From NCBI GenBank assembly GCA_038749105.1, contig JBCDIM010000013.1, positions 1,825 to 65,824 on the forward strand: DNA of 64,000 nt, given 5' to 3'. Below are positions 51,583 to 61,714 of the stretch, piece by piece (position 1 is the first letter of the stretch; every line of letters starts with the position of its first letter). Below the pieces are notes generated by a model, which saw only the letters and a list, made by a program, of their open reading frames with translations, was not told the DNA's origin and searched no databases. Both the position numbers and the translations under genes were made by a program. Source of the DNA: Planctomycetota bacterium. Its GTDB lineage: Bacteria > Planctomycetota > Phycisphaerae > Phycisphaerales > Phycisphaeraceae.

Positions 51583-53661
51583 TCACGTCAGATAGGTGTA
51601 CCCCGCCAACCCCTCGTCATAAAACCCCTGCAGCGCCCGCGACTCCTCGGCCGTCAGCCGACCGTCCCCCTCGGCCCGGCGTACCGCCGCCCGGAAACTC
51701 CCCCGCAGCACGTCCGGGTTGAACTGCACATACCCCAGCACCTGCGCCGACGTATCGCCCTCCACCACCTCATCGATCGACCAGCTGCCGTCCGCCTCCA
51801 CCGTGACGTGCACCGCATTGGTGTCGCCGAACAGGTTGTGCAGGTCGCCCAGCGTCTCCTGGTAGGCCCCCACGAGAAACACCCCCAGGTCGTAGGGCTC
51901 GCCCGTGTACGGGTGCAGGTCCAACACGCGTCGCGTCCGCCACGGTGCCGACGGGTCCCGGAACCGGTCCAGCTTCCCGTCGCTGTCGCACGTCATATCC
52001 GCCAACACCCCCCGGCACACCGGCTCCTCGTCCAAACGATGCAGCGGCACCACCGGGAACACCTGCCCGATCGCCCAGGCATCCGGCAGCGACTGGAAGA
52101 CCGACGCGTTGCAGAAATACGTCTCGCACAACCGCGTCTCCAACGCCCGCAGCTCCGGCGGAAGCTCCGACGGCATCGCCTCCCGCTGCTTGACCAACGC
52201 CCAGACCTTCGCGCAACCCGCACGGTACAACCGCTGCCCCAGCGCCCGCTGGTCCAGCGTGCAATACCCCAACGCGAAGAGCTGGTCCACCGCCTCCTTA
52301 GCAGATTCCAGATCGTGGAAGGACTCCACCACGTTTGCCAGCTCCAGCCCGTCCACCGTCTCGTGCATCAACCTTACCGGCTCGGGGACGCCCGAGAGCT
52401 CCGCCCGTTCCAACTCAGCCGAAGCCCCGTCGCGCTCGCTACCGGTCCACCCCACCACGCTCATCACCAGGACGCTGTGGTGGGCGGTCAGCGCCCGGCC
52501 CGACTCGCTCACGAGGTGGGGGCACGGCTGACCCGACGCCTGACAAACCGACTGCGTGTGGTACACCACGTCGTTCGCGTACTCCCGCAGGCCGTAGTTC
52601 ATCCCCCAACCCGCGCCGCCCCCCGACGCCTCGCCGCTCTGCCCGACACCCGACGCGCCCACATAGTCCACCGCCAGCCCGCCCCCCACGTTCACCGTGT
52701 CCAGCCCCGCCGCCCCCAGCCGCCGCAGCTCTACATACACCCGGGCCAGCTCGGTCACCGCCGACTTCACGCTCCGGATGTCGCTGACCTGACTCCCCAC
52801 ATGCGCGTGCACCATCCGCAAGCAGTCGAGCATGCCCGCGCCTTCGAGCTGCCGCACCGCCTTGATCAGCTCAGAGTAGGAAAGCCCGAACTTGCTCCGC
52901 TCCCCGCCCGACGCCTCCCACTTCCCCGACCCCATCGCGCTCAGCTTCACCCGCACCCCGAGCGTCGGGCGCACCCCATGCTTCGCCGACAGCTCAATCA
53001 ACTCCTCCAGCTCGCCAAACCGCTCAACCACCGGCGTGATGTCTCGGCCCAGCTTCGTCGCCAGCACCACCGCCTCCAGGTAACGCCGATCCTTGAACCC
53101 ATTGCACACGATCGGCGTCCGCTCGTCCTCCACCATCGCCAGCACCGCAAGCAGCTCCGGCTTCGACCCCGCCTCCAGCCCAAACCCAAACCGCCGACCG
53201 AAACGCAGCACCTCCTCTACCACATGCCGCTGCTGGTTGACCTTCACCGGATACACACAGCGGTAACCGCCGTCGTAGCCGTGCTCGCCCGCCGCCCCCG
53301 CAAACGTCTCCGCCAGCCGACGCATGCGGTCTTCCAGGATGTGCCCAAACCGCAGCAGCACCGGTGTCTGCACGCCGCGATGCCGGAGCTGATCAACCAC
53401 GCGACGGATGCAGATACCGTTCTCGGGCCAAGCCTCCTGCCCTACAGGCACGGGCAGAACCAAAACATTGCCCCCACGATCGATCTCGAAATAATCAGCA
53501 CCCCAAGAACGAACGCCATACCGTTCCCTGTTCCTGATAACCGCGGGGGAGCACGACGAACATCCCTCAAATCCCTCGGTTGCTTCCAAAGCAACGCGGC
53601 CCCGATCCGACTGCCCATCATTCTTCGCGTCAGGAATGGCAACAGCAGCGGACTCATCCAT
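51583..53661 (-). CDS. speA: Biosynthetic arginine decarboxylase
   Basis: WGADYFEIDRGGNVLV, YRCVYPVKVNQQRHVVEEVL (PLP Lys), LEAGSKPEL, NVGGGLAVDY, and the C-terminal SpeA-specific domain. Confidence 0.92.
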   Translation of the reverse strand: MDESAAVAIPDAKNDGQSDRGRVALEATEGFEGCSSCSPAVIRNRERYGVRSWGADYFEIDRGGNVLVLPVPVGQEAWPENGICIRRVVDQLRHRGVQTPVLLRFGHILEDRMRRLAETFAGAAGEHGYDGGYRCVYPVKVNQQRHVVEEVLRFGRRFGFGLEAGSKPELLAVLAMVEDERTPIVCNGFKDRRYLEAVVLATKLGRDITPVVERFGELEELIELSAKHGVRPTLGVRVKLSAMGSGKWEASGGERSKFGLSYSELIKAVRQLEGAGMLDCLRMVHAHVGSQVSDIRSVKSAVTELARVYVELRRLGAAGLDTVNVGGGLAVDYVGASGVGQSGEASGGGAGWGMNYGLREYANDVVYHTQSVCQASGQPCPHLVSESGRALTAHHSVLVMSVVGWTGSERDGASAELERAELSGVPEPVRLMHETVDGLELANVVESFHDLESAKEAVDQLFALGYCTLDQRALGQRLYRAGCAKVWALVKQREAMPSELPPELRALETRLCETYFCNASVFQSLPDAWAIGQVFPVVPLHRLDEEPVCRGVLADMTCDSDGKLDRFRDPSAPWRTRRVLDLHPYTGEPYDLGVFLVGAYQETLGDLHNLFGDTNAVHVTVEADGSWSIDEVVEGDTSAQVLGYVQFNPDVLRGSFRAAVRRAEGDGRLTAEESRALQGFYDEGLAGYTYLT

Positions 53662-53924
53662 GCCTGGAGTCTACCGGACCATGCATCCGCCCTCCGAGTG
53701 CACCACCTGCCCCCAACGATCGGCTCCAAGCCACGAACCGGACGGATCCGAACAGGACCAGACGCCCCAGTAGCGAGAACAAGATCCTGGGACTTCCGCC
53801 CGAAGCCAGGAGAGAACAGGAATTAGGGTTTCAGAGCCGGAGACCGCGTTAAATGAGCTACAGCCGACATCCCAGCGTCAGGAAACGCAAGACTGGTCTA
53901 AGTCTGACCGAGAAGCCAGAGGGT

Positions 53925-54677
53925 TCACCCACGCCGGCGTCGGGTAACCATGGCACCGATGCCGAGAGCCAAGAGCACGGCACTGCTGGGCTCGGGGATC
54001 ACATCCACCTTGAAGTCCTTCTTGCGGATGAATGTGGTCACGGGCTGTTCGAGATCACCAACTGCCTGAAGGGTATTGTTCAGAACGATCTCCACCTCGG
54101 TCAGGCCAAGTCCACTCAAATCGACAGTGACGCTGTTTTCCCAGAACACACCTTCAAAAGGCGGGTCATCAAACACCTCAATGAAAACAGACGCCAGAGG
54201 TGAGGGAGGGGAAATCTCAGAGTCGTCACTGGGGTCAAAAACACGGACCGAAAGAATCGATGCAACGAATTCGGCACCAGTGGGCAGGCCAAGCATCGCG
54301 AAGTCACCCGACTCGTAGATGAATAGTCCCGGGATCGGATCGCCGTTGTTCGAGGTAACCGTGAAGGTCAATGACCCGTCGGTTGTGTCAGCGGGAGGCG
54401 AGTCCGCGGAGAACGGGTTCACGCCGGGATCGAAGTCTAGGAGATTGCCGCTGGCAATACTCGGCGGCCCAAACAGCGGCTCGGGGTCGTTAATCGGGTC
54501 GGCGCTGGACTCGATGACGTTGGAGTAGGTGACCGAAGAACCGACGAACGGCCCTGGGTAGATCACAGCCGCGGCGCTGGGCGAACCGGCCGCTACAGCA
54601 AACGAACATCCTGATGCCCAGATAAGTGCTTTCAAACGTTGTTTTCGCCTTCCGTCCCGGGCAACCAATTTCTCCAC
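53925..54677 (-). CDS. PEP-CTERM sorting-domain protein (third, unrelated N-domain)
   Basis: GTG start with GGAGGA upstream; signal peptide. C-terminus VIPEPSSAVLLALGIGAMVTRRRRG. Gene and both flanking spacers are visibly lower in GC. Confidence 0.8.
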   Translation of the reverse strand: MEKLVARDGRRKQRLKALIWASGCSFAVAAGSPSAAAVIYPGPFVGSSVTYSNVIESSADPINDPEPLFGPPSIASGNLLDFDPGVNPFSADSPPADTTDGSLTFTVTSNNGDPIPGLFIYESGDFAMLGLPTGAEFVASILSVRVFDPSDDSEISPPSPLASVFIEVFDDPPFEGVFWENSVTVDLSGLGLTEVEIVLNNTLQAVGDLEQPVTTFIRKKDFKVDVIPEPSSAVLLALGIGAMVTRRRRG

Positions 54678-54843
54678 GACTTCCTCCGCTAAGCGTTTCT
54701 TGAACCAGTGGTAACGACTAATGGCCTAATAATAGCCAACCGAAAGAACCCCTACAACCCGAAATACCCGCAAAAGCAGTCAATTCACGGTAAAACTACC
54801 TGAATCGCCAGAAACTTCTTTGTAAAGCACTTTCAAAAAGAGC

Positions 54844-56076
54844 TTAAAGGCGATCCGGGAGCACGTCCACCCGATTCCGTGCCCGTTGGGCCGCGTCCAT
54901 GGCTTCAGGCCCTGGGCTCTCACCGGTGTCCATCATCACCCGGAAGCAATCAAACAGATACCGAGCATCGTGCGGCCCAGGGCTCGCCTCGGGGTGATAT
55001 TGAACCGCAAATACCGGCTCGCTGCGGTGACGGAACCCTTCGACCGTCTGATCGTTCAGGTTGATGTGCGTCTGCTCCGCCCCCACCGCGTCCAGCGTGT
55101 CCGGTGCCACCGCGAAGCCGTGGTTCTGGCTCGTGATCTCCACCTTGCCCGTCCCCAGGTTCTGGACCGGCTGGTTCCCGCCGCGGTGCCCGAACTTCAG
55201 CTTGAACGTCTCGGCCCCCATCGCCAGGCTCAGCAGCTGGTGCCCCAGGCAGATCCCGAAGATCGGCAGCTCCCCAATCAGCTCCTGGAGATGCCCGATG
55301 GTCGGCTCCACCGCCGACGGGTCGCCCGGCCCGTTCGACACAAACAGCCCGTCCGGCTTCAGCTCCCGCACCTCCCCCGGCGACGCGTCATACGGCAGCA
55401 CCGTCACGTCACACCCGCTGTCCACCAGGTTCCGCAAAATGTTGTGCTTCGCCCCGCAGTCCAACGCCACCACCCGCTTCCGCGCCCCGCCCGGATGCTC
55501 CACCCCGCCCTGGAATGGCTCCCAGCCCCCCAAGTCCTCCGACCACGCCGACGCCTCCGATCGGCTCACCGTCGCCACCAGGTTCTTCCCCACCAACCCC
55601 TCCGCCGCCCGGGCCCGCTCGACCAGCTCGCCATCGGTCAACGCCCCATCCGTACACAGCACCGCGTCCATCGCCCCGTCCGACCGCAGCCGACGCGTCA
55701 ACGCCCGCGTGTCGATCCCCGCGATGCCCAGCACCCCGTGCTCCGCCAGCCACTGCTCCACCCGCTGCGTCGACCGGTGGTTCGACGCCGACCGGGCCAG
55801 CTCCCGCACCACAAACCCCCGCACGCTCGGCTTCCCCGACTCCACATCCTCGGGATTCACCCCGTAGTTCCCGATCAGCGGGTACGTCATCGTCACGATC
55901 TGCCCCGCATACGACGGATCGGTCAGCACCTCCTGATACCCCGACAACGACGTATTGAAACACGCCTCCCCCTCCACCACCCGTGGCGAGGTGTCGCCGA
56001 ACGCCGTGCCCCGGAACACCGTGCCGTCTTCCAACGCCAATCGTGCCGTACTAATTTGGGTCTGCAGACTGCTCAT
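54844..56076 (-). CDS. carA: Carbamoyl-phosphate synthase small (glutaminase) subunit
   Basis: Start set at MSSLQTQIS. EVLTDPSYAGQIVTMTYPLIGNYG, ICLGHQLL (Cys nucleophile), FAVQYHPEASPGPHD. Confidence 0.92.
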   Translation of the reverse strand: MSSLQTQISTARLALEDGTVFRGTAFGDTSPRVVEGEACFNTSLSGYQEVLTDPSYAGQIVTMTYPLIGNYGVNPEDVESGKPSVRGFVVRELARSASNHRSTQRVEQWLAEHGVLGIAGIDTRALTRRLRSDGAMDAVLCTDGALTDGELVERARAAEGLVGKNLVATVSRSEASAWSEDLGGWEPFQGGVEHPGGARKRVVALDCGAKHNILRNLVDSGCDVTVLPYDASPGEVRELKPDGLFVSNGPGDPSAVEPTIGHLQELIGELPIFGICLGHQLLSLAMGAETFKLKFGHRGGNQPVQNLGTGKVEITSQNHGFAVAPDTLDAVGAEQTHINLNDQTVEGFRHRSEPVFAVQYHPEASPGPHDARYLFDCFRVMMDTGESPGPEAMDAAQRARNRVDVLPDRL

Positions 56077-56172
56077 CGCCGAGCACTGTAACCCAGCCCA
56101 CGCCCCTCGGTTTCCAGCACCCACCACGCCGAGGCTTGCCGAAGCCCGACGCTCCGGTTAAATCTTGAGTCC

Positions 56173-57093
56173 ATGCCGATGCCCCGTGACCGCGTGCTGC
56201 TCTTGCTCTCGACCATTCTCTGCGTGGGCGTCTGGTCCACCATCGCCCTGATCGTCGCCACCGACAGCTACGCCGGGGCCCCCGGCCAAACGCCCGTCCA
56301 GGCCGAGCCTGAGCCCGAGGTCATCAAGACCATCCCCGGCGACCCTCGCAAACGCGTCACCGAACACCCGCTGCCGTTCTCGACCCACGCGATCGCTCGG
56401 TTGAGGTCTTCAACAAGAGGTTGCACAGCCACGCTCGTGAGTCCCCGGATCGCAGTGACCGCTTACCACTGCCTGGCAAGACGGTCGAAAGATCAGAGAG
56501 AAGGCCTGCCTGAAGGTGCGCATTCAGATCGCAGACATGACGATCTGGTCTTGAAGTTCGGCTACGACCGCGGAAAGTTTGTGGTGGAACGCGGCGTCAA
56601 ACGGTTTGGGGCCGTGAGTCCCACCAGCGACTACGCCATTCTGATCCTCGACCGAGCCGTCAACACCACGGACCCGAACAGCGATGAGCCCTACATCCGG
56701 CCACTGGTGCCAATGATCGACTTTGGTGGTTTGAGTTACCGAGACTTCAAACACGAGAACGTTATCCTGCTCGGCTACAGCAGCGACGGTCAAATCGGCC
56801 AGCGTGGCGAACGCCTGACCTATCACGCGGGGTGCATTGCAGGGAGTAATCGTAACGAACACATCGTTGGCTCCAACTGTGTGGGCTATCCCGGCGCGAG
56901 CGGCGGGCCGCTCGTTTCTTACGAACTCAACGACGAAACCGGCAAGCTCGAACCCGCACTGATTGGGATCGCAAGCGGTCAGCTCCGTACCGAACTGCGG
57001 ACAATTTCAATAAGCACCGCCGACAACTTCGCCGACGATCTCGACGACCTGCTCATCCACGAAGAAGAGCAGACCGGCCCCTTCAAGCCTTAG
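56173..57093 (+). CDS. Trypsin-like (S1) serine protease with N-terminal signal anchor
   Basis: Catalytic triad contexts TAYHC (His), DYAILILD (Asp), GYPGASGGPLV (Ser). The central part is visibly lower in GC. Confidence 0.7.
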   Translation: MPMPRDRVLLLLSTILCVGVWSTIALIVATDSYAGAPGQTPVQAEPEPEVIKTIPGDPRKRVTEHPLPFSTHAIARLRSSTRGCTATLVSPRIAVTAYHCLARRSKDQREGLPEGAHSDRRHDDLVLKFGYDRGKFVVERGVKRFGAVSPTSDYAILILDRAVNTTDPNSDEPYIRPLVPMIDFGGLSYRDFKHENVILLGYSSDGQIGQRGERLTYHAGCIAGSNRNEHIVGSNCVGYPGASGGPLVSYELNDETGKLEPALIGIASGQLRTELRTISISTADNFADDLDDLLIHEEEQTGPFKP

Positions 57094-57112
57094 CTCATAG
57101 TCCACGCCCGTC

Positions 57113-57871
57113 TCACCACACCCCCAGCGTCTCCAGCTCCGTCGTCGCTTGCTCCGCCCACCCGCGGTTCGCCGCCGGGCTCGCTGGGCTCGGGTGCAAG
57201 ACACGCCCGACCCGCACATCCGAAGCTTCATCGCCCATCCCCGCCAACACCCGCTCCGCCCGCTTCTCCGCAAACGCCCCGACCCCCACCACCCACGCCG
57301 GCCGCAACACCCCGATCACCCGCGCCAGGTGCGCATCGCACGCCGCCTCCAACGGCCCACGCTCTGCCGCCGGCAGCTTGTCCGGCGTCCGGTTCTTCCC
57401 GCCCGCCTCCATAAACACCAGCGGGCAGTAGTTCACCACCGCGTGCCGCTCCGCAAACGCCTCCAGCGTCCCGAACCGCTCCGCCATCAAGCCCCACAGC
57501 CGCCGCCCCGACACCTCGCTCCGCTCACACCCCAAACCCAGCACCGGCCGCTTCGGATGCTCCCCCACCCACCCCTTCGGCCGACCGATTTTCTCATCCA
57601 ACCCCATCCAGTCCCGCACCGCCGCTACCTCCCCAAACGGCACCCCCGTCTGCGCCATCCCCCAGGGCCCGGGGTTCATCCCCAGCAGCACCACCCCGCC
57701 CGTCTTCTTCGGCGTCCCCTTCTGCAGAAACGCTTCGTGCATCGCCCAGGCATAACGCAGCGGGTTGTATATGTGCGTCACCGGCTCCCCGAACCGCAGC
57801 CCGTCCATCGTCGCGCTCAACGCCCGCGCCGACGCCATCATCCCGTCACTCAACGCCGCTCGCTTCGCCAT
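57113..57871 (-). CDS. Uracil-DNA glycosylase superfamily, SMUG1-like (family 3)
   Basis: LLGMNPGPWGMAQTGVPFG (GMNPGP motif) and VLHPSPASPAANRGW (HPSP motif). Confidence 0.75.
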   Translation of the reverse strand: MAKRAALSDGMMASARALSATMDGLRFGEPVTHIYNPLRYAWAMHEAFLQKGTPKKTGGVVLLGMNPGPWGMAQTGVPFGEVAAVRDWMGLDEKIGRPKGWVGEHPKRPVLGLGCERSEVSGRRLWGLMAERFGTLEAFAERHAVVNYCPLVFMEAGGKNRTPDKLPAAERGPLEAACDAHLARVIGVLRPAWVVGVGAFAEKRAERVLAGMGDEASDVRVGRVLHPSPASPAANRGWAEQATTELETLGVW

Positions 57872-57891
57872 CCCCGCATGCTAACCGGCCG

Positions 57892-57920
57892 ATTTAGCCG
57901 GCGGTCAATGACCGCCGGTC
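57892..57920. repeat. TTTAGCC-hairpin element (short subfamily), copy 2
   Basis: ATTTAGCCGGCGGTCAATGACCGCCGGTC. 9-bp stem 57898-57906/57910-57918 with a 3-nt loop. Confidence 0.75.
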
Positions 57921-57934
57921 GCGCTGCTCCCCCC

Positions 57935-59317
57935 TCACACCCCGGCAGCCGCCTCCGCATACCACGCCTCCGGCAACGCATCCCGCTCCGCTTCAAACAA
58001 CTCCTCCATTAACCCATCGATGTCCCCGATCGACGCGGTCAGCGGGTCGGTCAGCAACGCCCGACGCACCAGTCCGCGGTCGCAGCGGTAGGCCGCCTCG
58101 GCCGTCAGCTCGTGCGTGTCCAGCACCTGCTCGCACAACCCCCGCACCCCCCGCGGCATCGCCGGATACGCCCTGGGCCTCGGCCCATCCATGCCCACAT
58201 CACACAGCAGCTCCAAGAACGCGTCGTCCGCCATGTTCGGCACCGCGCCGCCGTTCATCGTGTTGATATGCATCTGCTTGCTCAGGCCACCCCACATGTT
58301 CTCGATCAGGTCCGTCGCCGGGTCTGCCCCGAACTCCGTGTCGAATTCCCCGATTTCCGCCGCCCCCGACAGGTAGTCATCGACTCGTTTCCACACCCGG
58401 TCGGTCCAAGCGACCCGGTCATCGCTCTCGAAGATCTTCAGCGGCGGGTGTCTGTCCCGACCCGCAACCCCGGGCCTCTGGTAGAACCGCACATACTCCT
58501 TCGTGTGCCCCAGCACGCTCGGCAGCACGCCGAATGCTTCGTAGAGCTCGACCGCGATCCCGTTGTTCAGCCAGCCCTTTGCGCTGGCCTGCCCGCCCTG
58601 GGCCTGCGTGTTCGCGTCCCGGTCCGCCTGCTCACGCATGTGGTCCACCAGCTTCGGCGTCAGGTCCTCGCCGTCGTAGCTGCACTCGAGAACCCAGGTG
58701 AAGTGGTTCGGCCCGGCCGTGAGCAGCACAAACCGCTCGTCGTCCGGAACGCCGTTAATCTCTGCGTATCGCCGCCGCAATCGGAACTGCGCATCGCACA
58801 ACGCCAGCGTCTTGAGATCGGGGAAGAACCGCCGGAGCCCGATGCCGTGCACCGCCGCCGGGTTGATGTAATTGATCACCCACGCCGCCGGGCAGAGCTC
58901 GCGCACCGCCTCGGCCGTCGCCGCGATATGCGGCCACTCCCGCAGCGTCCGGAACACCCCGCCGGGCCCGATCGTGTCGCCCGAGCACATCCGGATGCCG
59001 TACTTCTCCGAGACTTCGCAGTCGATCCGCCGGAAATGCGCGTTGCGGTCCGCAAACGACAGCACCACGAAGTCCGCCCCCGGAAGCACGTCGCGCTGAT
59101 CGGTCGAGGCTTCGAGCTTCAACGGCACCCCGTTGTGCGCGATCACCATCTCCGCCAGCCGACGCATCTTCTCCAGCCGCTCCGCATCGGTGTCCACTAG
59201 CGCCAGCGTCCCCGTCCGCAGGTGCTCAGAGTGCACCATCTGCCAGACCGCCTTCCGCCCAAAAAACAGGCTCCCCGCCCCCACGATCACCACCTTCGGA
59301 CCTCGACGCTCAGACAT
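57935..59317 (-). CDS. Glycoside hydrolase family 4 (NAD/Mn-dependent glycosidase)
   Basis: Start set at MSERRGPKVVIVGAGSLFFG (Rossmann). PAAWVINYINPAAV...KTLALC fits the GH4 signature. Divergent AraC regulator. Confidence 0.75.
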   Translation of the reverse strand: MSERRGPKVVIVGAGSLFFGRKAVWQMVHSEHLRTGTLALVDTDAERLEKMRRLAEMVIAHNGVPLKLEASTDQRDVLPGADFVVLSFADRNAHFRRIDCEVSEKYGIRMCSGDTIGPGGVFRTLREWPHIAATAEAVRELCPAAWVINYINPAAVHGIGLRRFFPDLKTLALCDAQFRLRRRYAEINGVPDDERFVLLTAGPNHFTWVLECSYDGEDLTPKLVDHMREQADRDANTQAQGGQASAKGWLNNGIAVELYEAFGVLPSVLGHTKEYVRFYQRPGVAGRDRHPPLKIFESDDRVAWTDRVWKRVDDYLSGAAEIGEFDTEFGADPATDLIENMWGGLSKQMHINTMNGGAVPNMADDAFLELLCDVGMDGPRPRAYPAMPRGVRGLCEQVLDTHELTAEAAYRCDRGLVRRALLTDPLTASIGDIDGLMEELFEAERDALPEAWYAEAAAGV

Positions 59318-59399
59318 GACACGCTCCTGAATGCGGAAACCTCCCAGGCACAGAGCCCAGGCCTGACATGGAATATGTCTCCACAGTCGCCGCGAAACA

Positions 59400-60359
59400 A
59401 TGGATTCGAGGCCGGTTTTGATAGACAATCTTGCTTTAATGCCGCTGCTCGTCTCCGACCTGCCCGCCCACCTGCAGTCCCGGCCCAAACCGCCGCCCAC
59501 GGCCATGCCGTACCGCATCCGCACCGCCGGGCACATCTACCAGCAGCCCCTGCATTCCACCCGCGGCACCCACCACCACGACGCCATGCTCACCCTCATC
59601 GTCGCCGGCAGGGGGGTCTACCACCCCACCCGTTTCGCCGACCCGACCCGCCCCAGCAAACCCGCCCAGCCGCAGCCTCTCAAAGCCGGTATGGTCGGGC
59701 TCGTCCTCCCCGCTACCCATCACGGACCCGCCGACCCCGGCATCCTGCTTGCCGACCCCGACGACCCCTACGAACACTTCTACTGCCGCTTTGCCGGCGA
59801 CCTCGCCCTGCACACCGCCGCCCGTATCGCCAAGCGGCACCCCGAGCCGTTCTTCCCACGACACGACGCCGCCGACACACTGGCCCCGCTCTTCGCCCGC
59901 CTCGTGAAGCTCCAACTCAAGCAGCCTGGGCTGACTCAGGGCTCCAACGACGAGCTCGACACGCTCACCCCCGCCGAGGCGATGCTGGCTCAGCTGCTGA
60001 CCATCCTCGAACACAACCCCACCGACGACCCGCCACCGCTCACCGCCGAGGCCCTCCGTGGCTACCTGCAGGACCGCACCGCTAGCCAGTTCGATCTCGA
60101 ACACGCCGCCGAATACTTCAATGTCAGCGCATCACACCTGTGCCGAAAAGCCAAGGTGCTGCTGGGGCGCACCCTCCAGCAGGAAGCTCAGGCCCTGAAG
60201 CTCGACTGGGCCAAGGTCCTGCTCACCGAATCCACCATGCCCATCGCCGAGGTCGCCCGCCGCGTGGGCTACGCCGACCCGCTGTATTTCTCCCGCGTCT
60301 TCAGCCGTACCTTCCATCAAAGCCCCACCGACCACCGAAACCAAAGCCAACACGCCTGA
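59400..60359 (+). CDS. AraC family transcriptional regulator
   Basis: C-terminal double HTH: LEHAAEYFNVSASHLCRKAKVLLGRTLQQ ... IAEVARRVGYADPLYFSRVFSRTFHQSP. The N-terminal start is uncertain. Confidence 0.85.
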   Translation: MDSRPVLIDNLALMPLLVSDLPAHLQSRPKPPPTAMPYRIRTAGHIYQQPLHSTRGTHHHDAMLTLIVAGRGVYHPTRFADPTRPSKPAQPQPLKAGMVGLVLPATHHGPADPGILLADPDDPYEHFYCRFAGDLALHTAARIAKRHPEPFFPRHDAADTLAPLFARLVKLQLKQPGLTQGSNDELDTLTPAEAMLAQLLTILEHNPTDDPPPLTAEALRGYLQDRTASQFDLEHAAEYFNVSASHLCRKAKVLLGRTLQQEAQALKLDWAKVLLTESTMPIAEVARRVGYADPLYFSRVFSRTFHQSPTDHRNQSQHA

Positions 60360-60435
60360 CCCAACCTCCAACACCTCTCTGCGTTTTTTTCTGCGCCTCT
60401 TTGCGGCTAAAACCCCGCGTTACCATGCCCCCCGC

Positions 60436-61710
60436 ATGACCACCACCGCCCCCACCAACCTCTACGACACCCTCGAGCAGCGCGGCCTCGTCGCCCAGTG
60501 CACCGACACCCCCAACGACATCCGCGCCCGCCTGTCTCAGCCCGAGCCCGTCACCGCCTACTGCGGCTTCGACCCCACCGCCGACTCCCTGCACGTCGGA
60601 AACCTCGTCCCCGTCATGGCCCTGGCCCACCTGCAACGCGCCGGCCACCGGCCGATCGTCGTCGTCGGCGGCGCGACCGCCCTTGTCGGCGACCCCTCCG
60701 GCAAGACCGAGGCCCGGCAGATGCTCTCCCGTGAGCAGATCAACCACAACGCCCAAGGCATCGGCGACCAGATCGGGCGCGTGGTCAACTTCGCCCCCGG
60801 AAGTGAACAACCGGCAGCAGTACTCGTCAACAACGCCGACTGGCTCGCCGACCTCTCTTGGATCGACCTGCTCCGCGAGGCCGGGCCGCACTTCTCAGTC
60901 AACCGCATGCTCACCATGGACTCGGTCCGTTCGCGCATGGACGCCGAGGGCTCGGGCATCTCGTTCCTCGAGTTCAACTACATGGTCATGCAGGCCTACG
61001 ACTTCCTCCACCTGCACCGCTCACACGGCTGCACCCTCCAGCTCGGCGGGCAGGACCAGTGGGGCAACATCGTCATGGGCATCGAGCTCGGCCGACGCCT
61101 CGCCGACGCCTCCCTCGCCGGGCTCACCCTCCCGCTCGTCACCAAGTCGGACGGCAGCAAGTTCGGCAAGTCCGAGTCCGGCAACATCTGGCTCGACGCC
61201 AACCGCACCTCCCCCTACGACTTCTTCCAGTTCTGGCGCAACACCGCCGACGCCGACGTCGGCAAGTTCCTCGGCTACTTCACATTCCTCCCGATCGAAG
61301 AGGTCCAGGCCCTCGCCGCCGCCGAAGGCCCCGCGCTCAACGAATCCAAGGCCGTGCTTGCTTACGAGGTCACCAAGCTGGTGCACGGCGAGGCCGAAGC
61401 CGCCAAGGCCCGCGACGCCGCCGCCAAGGCCTTCGGCGCCGGCGACGTCACCGCCGACGGCGTCCCATCCCAACCGCTCGCCAGTGCCCGACTCGCCGAG
61501 GGCCTCACCGTGACCGACCTCCTCCGCGACGCCGGCTTCGCCAAGTCCAACGGCGAAGCCCGACGCCTCGTCCAGGGCGGCGGCGTCCGGCTCCACGACG
61601 CCAAGGTCGCCGACCCCTTCCAGCCCGTCACCGCCGAAGACGCCCCCGACGGCTACGTCCTGCTCCGCGTCGGCAAGAAGAAGCTCTGCCGCTTCGACCT
61701 CGTGGACTAA
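60436..61710 (+). CDS. tyrS: Tyrosine--tRNA ligase
   Basis: YCGFDPTADSLHVGNL (HIGH), KFGKSESG (KMSKS-like), C-terminal S4 domain. Confidence 0.92.
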   Translation: MTTTAPTNLYDTLEQRGLVAQCTDTPNDIRARLSQPEPVTAYCGFDPTADSLHVGNLVPVMALAHLQRAGHRPIVVVGGATALVGDPSGKTEARQMLSREQINHNAQGIGDQIGRVVNFAPGSEQPAAVLVNNADWLADLSWIDLLREAGPHFSVNRMLTMDSVRSRMDAEGSGISFLEFNYMVMQAYDFLHLHRSHGCTLQLGGQDQWGNIVMGIELGRRLADASLAGLTLPLVTKSDGSKFGKSESGNIWLDANRTSPYDFFQFWRNTADADVGKFLGYFTFLPIEEVQALAAAEGPALNESKAVLAYEVTKLVHGEAEAAKARDAAAKAFGAGDVTADGVPSQPLASARLAEGLTVTDLLRDAGFAKSNGEARRLVQGGGVRLHDAKVADPFQPVTAEDAPDGYVLLRVGKKKLCRFDLVD

Positions 61711-61714
61711 GCCC

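Noticed and set aside
51280-53826. 848-aa ORF on the plus strand opposite speA and the TauE-family gene
   Set aside because: Arg/Pro/His-rich nonsense-like translation antisense to an unmistakable arginine decarboxylase. It is a GC-driven artefact.
53853-54203. 116-aa plus-strand ORF overlapping the third PEP-CTERM gene
   Set aside because: It is antisense to a gene with a complete signal peptide and PEP-CTERM tail, and no supporting features were seen.
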